Shown: positions 62,378 to 64,000 of the stretch, piece by piece
Position numbering within the stretch: position 1 is the stretch's first letter
Layout: each line of letters starts with the position of its first letter
Origin: Candidatus Eremiobacteria bacterium
GTDB taxonomy: Bacteria > Vulcanimicrobiota > Vulcanimicrobiia > Vulcanimicrobiales > Vulcanimicrobiaceae
Direction of reading: 5' to 3'
NCBI GenBank assembly: GCA_963737065.1
Contig: CAVTRC010000001.1
Coordinates: 1,408,001 to 1,472,000, forward strand
DNA length: 64,000 nt
Translations under genes and position numbers: made by a program
Notes under the pieces: model-generated
What the model was told of the DNA's origin: nothing
The model's database searches: none
The model's input: only the letters and a program-made list of their open reading frames with translations

Positions 62378-62769
62378 CGGTTGCAGCGCTGCTGGGCGCA
62401 TGTAGCGGCGGCGCGAACGATCCGCCGGACAATGGCCGCATCTGCGCGGCGTACGCAAGTGAAGGTTCACATGGCGAAGTGGTCGCCAGCGGCGTCGTAC
62501 GTCATGTGCTCGGGACACGCCGAGGACCGAGCGGCGAACATGAAGGCTTCTTACTGCAGCTCAGCGGCGAGTGCGATTTGATGCTCCGGGTCGAGACGAA
62601 CGTTGACCTCACCGGTCCCGTTCCGTTGCGCACCGGTGAACGCGTCATCGTGAAGGGCGAATACGAATTCAATCCGCTGGGTGGCGTGATCCACTGGACG
62701 CATCACGATCCGCGCGGGCATCATCCCGACGGCTACGTCAAGGGCGACGACGGCAAAGTGTATCAGTAA
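62317..62769 (+). CDS. DUF3465 family lipoprotein
   Basis: GGAGG then ATG 62317; lipobox LGAC; GEYE...GGVIHWTHHDP...H..G. Confidence 0.8.
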   Translation: MAVHRRAQIVWRCARTAAALTVAALLGACSGGANDPPDNGRICAAYASEGSHGEVVASGVVRHVLGTRRGPSGEHEGFLLQLSGECDLMLRVETNVDLTGPVPLRTGERVIVKGEYEFNPLGGVIHWTHHDPRGHHPDGYVKGDDGKVYQ

Positions 62770-62831
62770 CAGAGAATACGTTGGCACAACGACGACCGGA
62801 GCGCGCGAGCGCCGTTGAGAACAACTCGCGA

Positions 62832-63425
62832 ATGCACATCGTTCTCGCCAGCGCCTCCCCGCGGCGGCTCGAGCTCCTCACGTCGCTCGGCATCGATGTC
62901 GAGGTTCGGCCGAGCAACTACGGTGAACCCGACGATCCCGACGCAACGCCGCTGGATCTCGCGCGCCGGCACGCGCGAGCGAAAGCGCGCGATGTTCGCA
63001 GCGCGATCGGTGACGCGCAGCTCGTGGTGGCCGCGGATACCGTCGTCGACCTCGACGGCGTAGCGCTCAACAAGCCGCTCGGCAGCATGGACGCCGTTCG
63101 AATGCTTTCTCTCCTCTCCGGGCGCGAGCACCGCGTGCACTCGGCGTTTGCGCTCGCAATGCCCGGCCGGCCAGAGTTGGTCGAAGGCGACTCGACGACG
63201 CGAGTGCGTTTTTATCCGCTAACGGCGCAAGAAATCGGCGACTATGTTGCAACGGGAGAGCCGATGGATAAGGCGGGCGCGTATGGAATTCAGGGGCGTG
63301 CGGCCGCCCTCGTAGAAAGCATCGAGGGCGATTTTTATACGGTGATGGGCTTCCCGCTCGGTCGCTTCATTCGCACGCTGCAGCAATTAGGTTTTTCGCT
63401 GCCGATAACGAAAAAAACGCCATAA
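62832..63425 (+). CDS. maf: Maf/YhdE nucleoside triphosphate pyrophosphatase
   Basis: LASASPRR, AADTVV, KP, DKAGAYGIQG. Confidence 0.95.
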   Translation: MHIVLASASPRRLELLTSLGIDVEVRPSNYGEPDDPDATPLDLARRHARAKARDVRSAIGDAQLVVAADTVVDLDGVALNKPLGSMDAVRMLSLLSGREHRVHSAFALAMPGRPELVEGDSTTRVRFYPLTAQEIGDYVATGEPMDKAGAYGIQGRAAALVESIEGDFYTVMGFPLGRFIRTLQQLGFSLPITKKTP

Positions 63426-63458
63426 TTATGGCATCGTAAAGGGCTACCGGGGGCCGTC

Positions 63459-64000
63459 ATTTTCACTTATCGCGACGAACGCAGATTGTTTGCGCTCATA
63501 ACCGTCATTATCGTGGCCGCACTGGTTGCTATATTGCAAATCAACGCGGAACGATCGGGCAATGAAAGCCCGCTTTCGACGGCCGTAGTGAGCCTCGCGT
63601 CGTTCATCGAGACCGCGTCGACCGTTACGGTTAGTAGTGTGCGCGGCGCAGGTAGCGCGGTCGTTGCGATCCCGCAACTCGAGCGCGAAAACAAAGAACT
63701 GACCGCGCGCAACCGCTCACTCGAACAAGAGAATACGCAGTTGCACGAACTCGCCGCGCAATATGCGAGCGAAGCGAGCGTTCGTCCCATCGTCGACACC
63801 GCGCCGCGCGGCGTGGAAGCGCGCGTGGTAGGCTTCCCGCCGGAAAACGAATCGCGCACGGTAACGATCAATAAGGGCAGCAGCAGCGGTATTCATAAAG
63901 ACGACGGCGTTCTTGCGGGCGGCGGAATCGTCGGTCGCGTCGAATCGGTGACGCCCTTTGCCAGTAAGGTCGTGTTGATTACCGACTACACGAGCCGGAT
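63459..64000 (+). CDS. mreC: rod shape-determining protein MreC (runs off window; start uncertain)
   Basis: Manual translation: TM helix, LERENKEL coiled coil, ARVVG, TINKGS, GIVGRV, SKVVLITD. Confidence 0.88.
   Translation, partial: MFTYRDERRLFALITVIIVAALVAILQINAERSGNESPLSTAVVSLASFIETASTVTVSSVRGAGSAVVAIPQLERENKELTARNRSLEQENTQLHELAAQYASEASVRPIVDTAPRGVEARVVGFPPENESRTVTINKGSSSGIHKDDGVLAGGGIVGRVESVTPFASKVVLITDYTSR

Overview
This is a GC-rich, gene-dense chromosomal window of mostly housekeeping genes from a diderm bacterium with Firmicutes-like gene order. Eremiobacterota/Vulcanimicrobiota is a plausible source, but that assignment is inference only. The left arm (minus strand) runs rpiB-glyA-[MFS + DpnI-like islet]-upp-dCMP deaminase-wecA-wecB-atp operon (with b and b')-murA-mreB-sua5-lptA-like-S9 peptidase-rarA-iscS. 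The middle holds a probable 6S RNA, an HExxH peptidase, a dipeptide epimerase/DUF1611/peptide-binding protein/C39 peptidase cluster, trmL, MFS/LysR, udgB, and an LPS-core/ADP-heptose cluster nested between hisS and aspS. The right arm holds purH, smc, rnc, fabF, an IS remnant, rpmA, obgE, nadD, maf and mreC. The most notable items are: (1) a circularly permuted DpnI-like methyl-directed restriction enzyme; (2) short REP-like repeat copies embedded in frame in ATP synthase beta and gamma, and possibly Maf; (3) a tandem pair of Cys-clamped, TonB-C-like exported proteins; (4) an L27 with a Prp-type N-terminal extension but no adjacent rplU/prp; (5) five +1 frameshifts that look like sequencing errors. 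No tRNA, rRNA or CRISPR array was seen.
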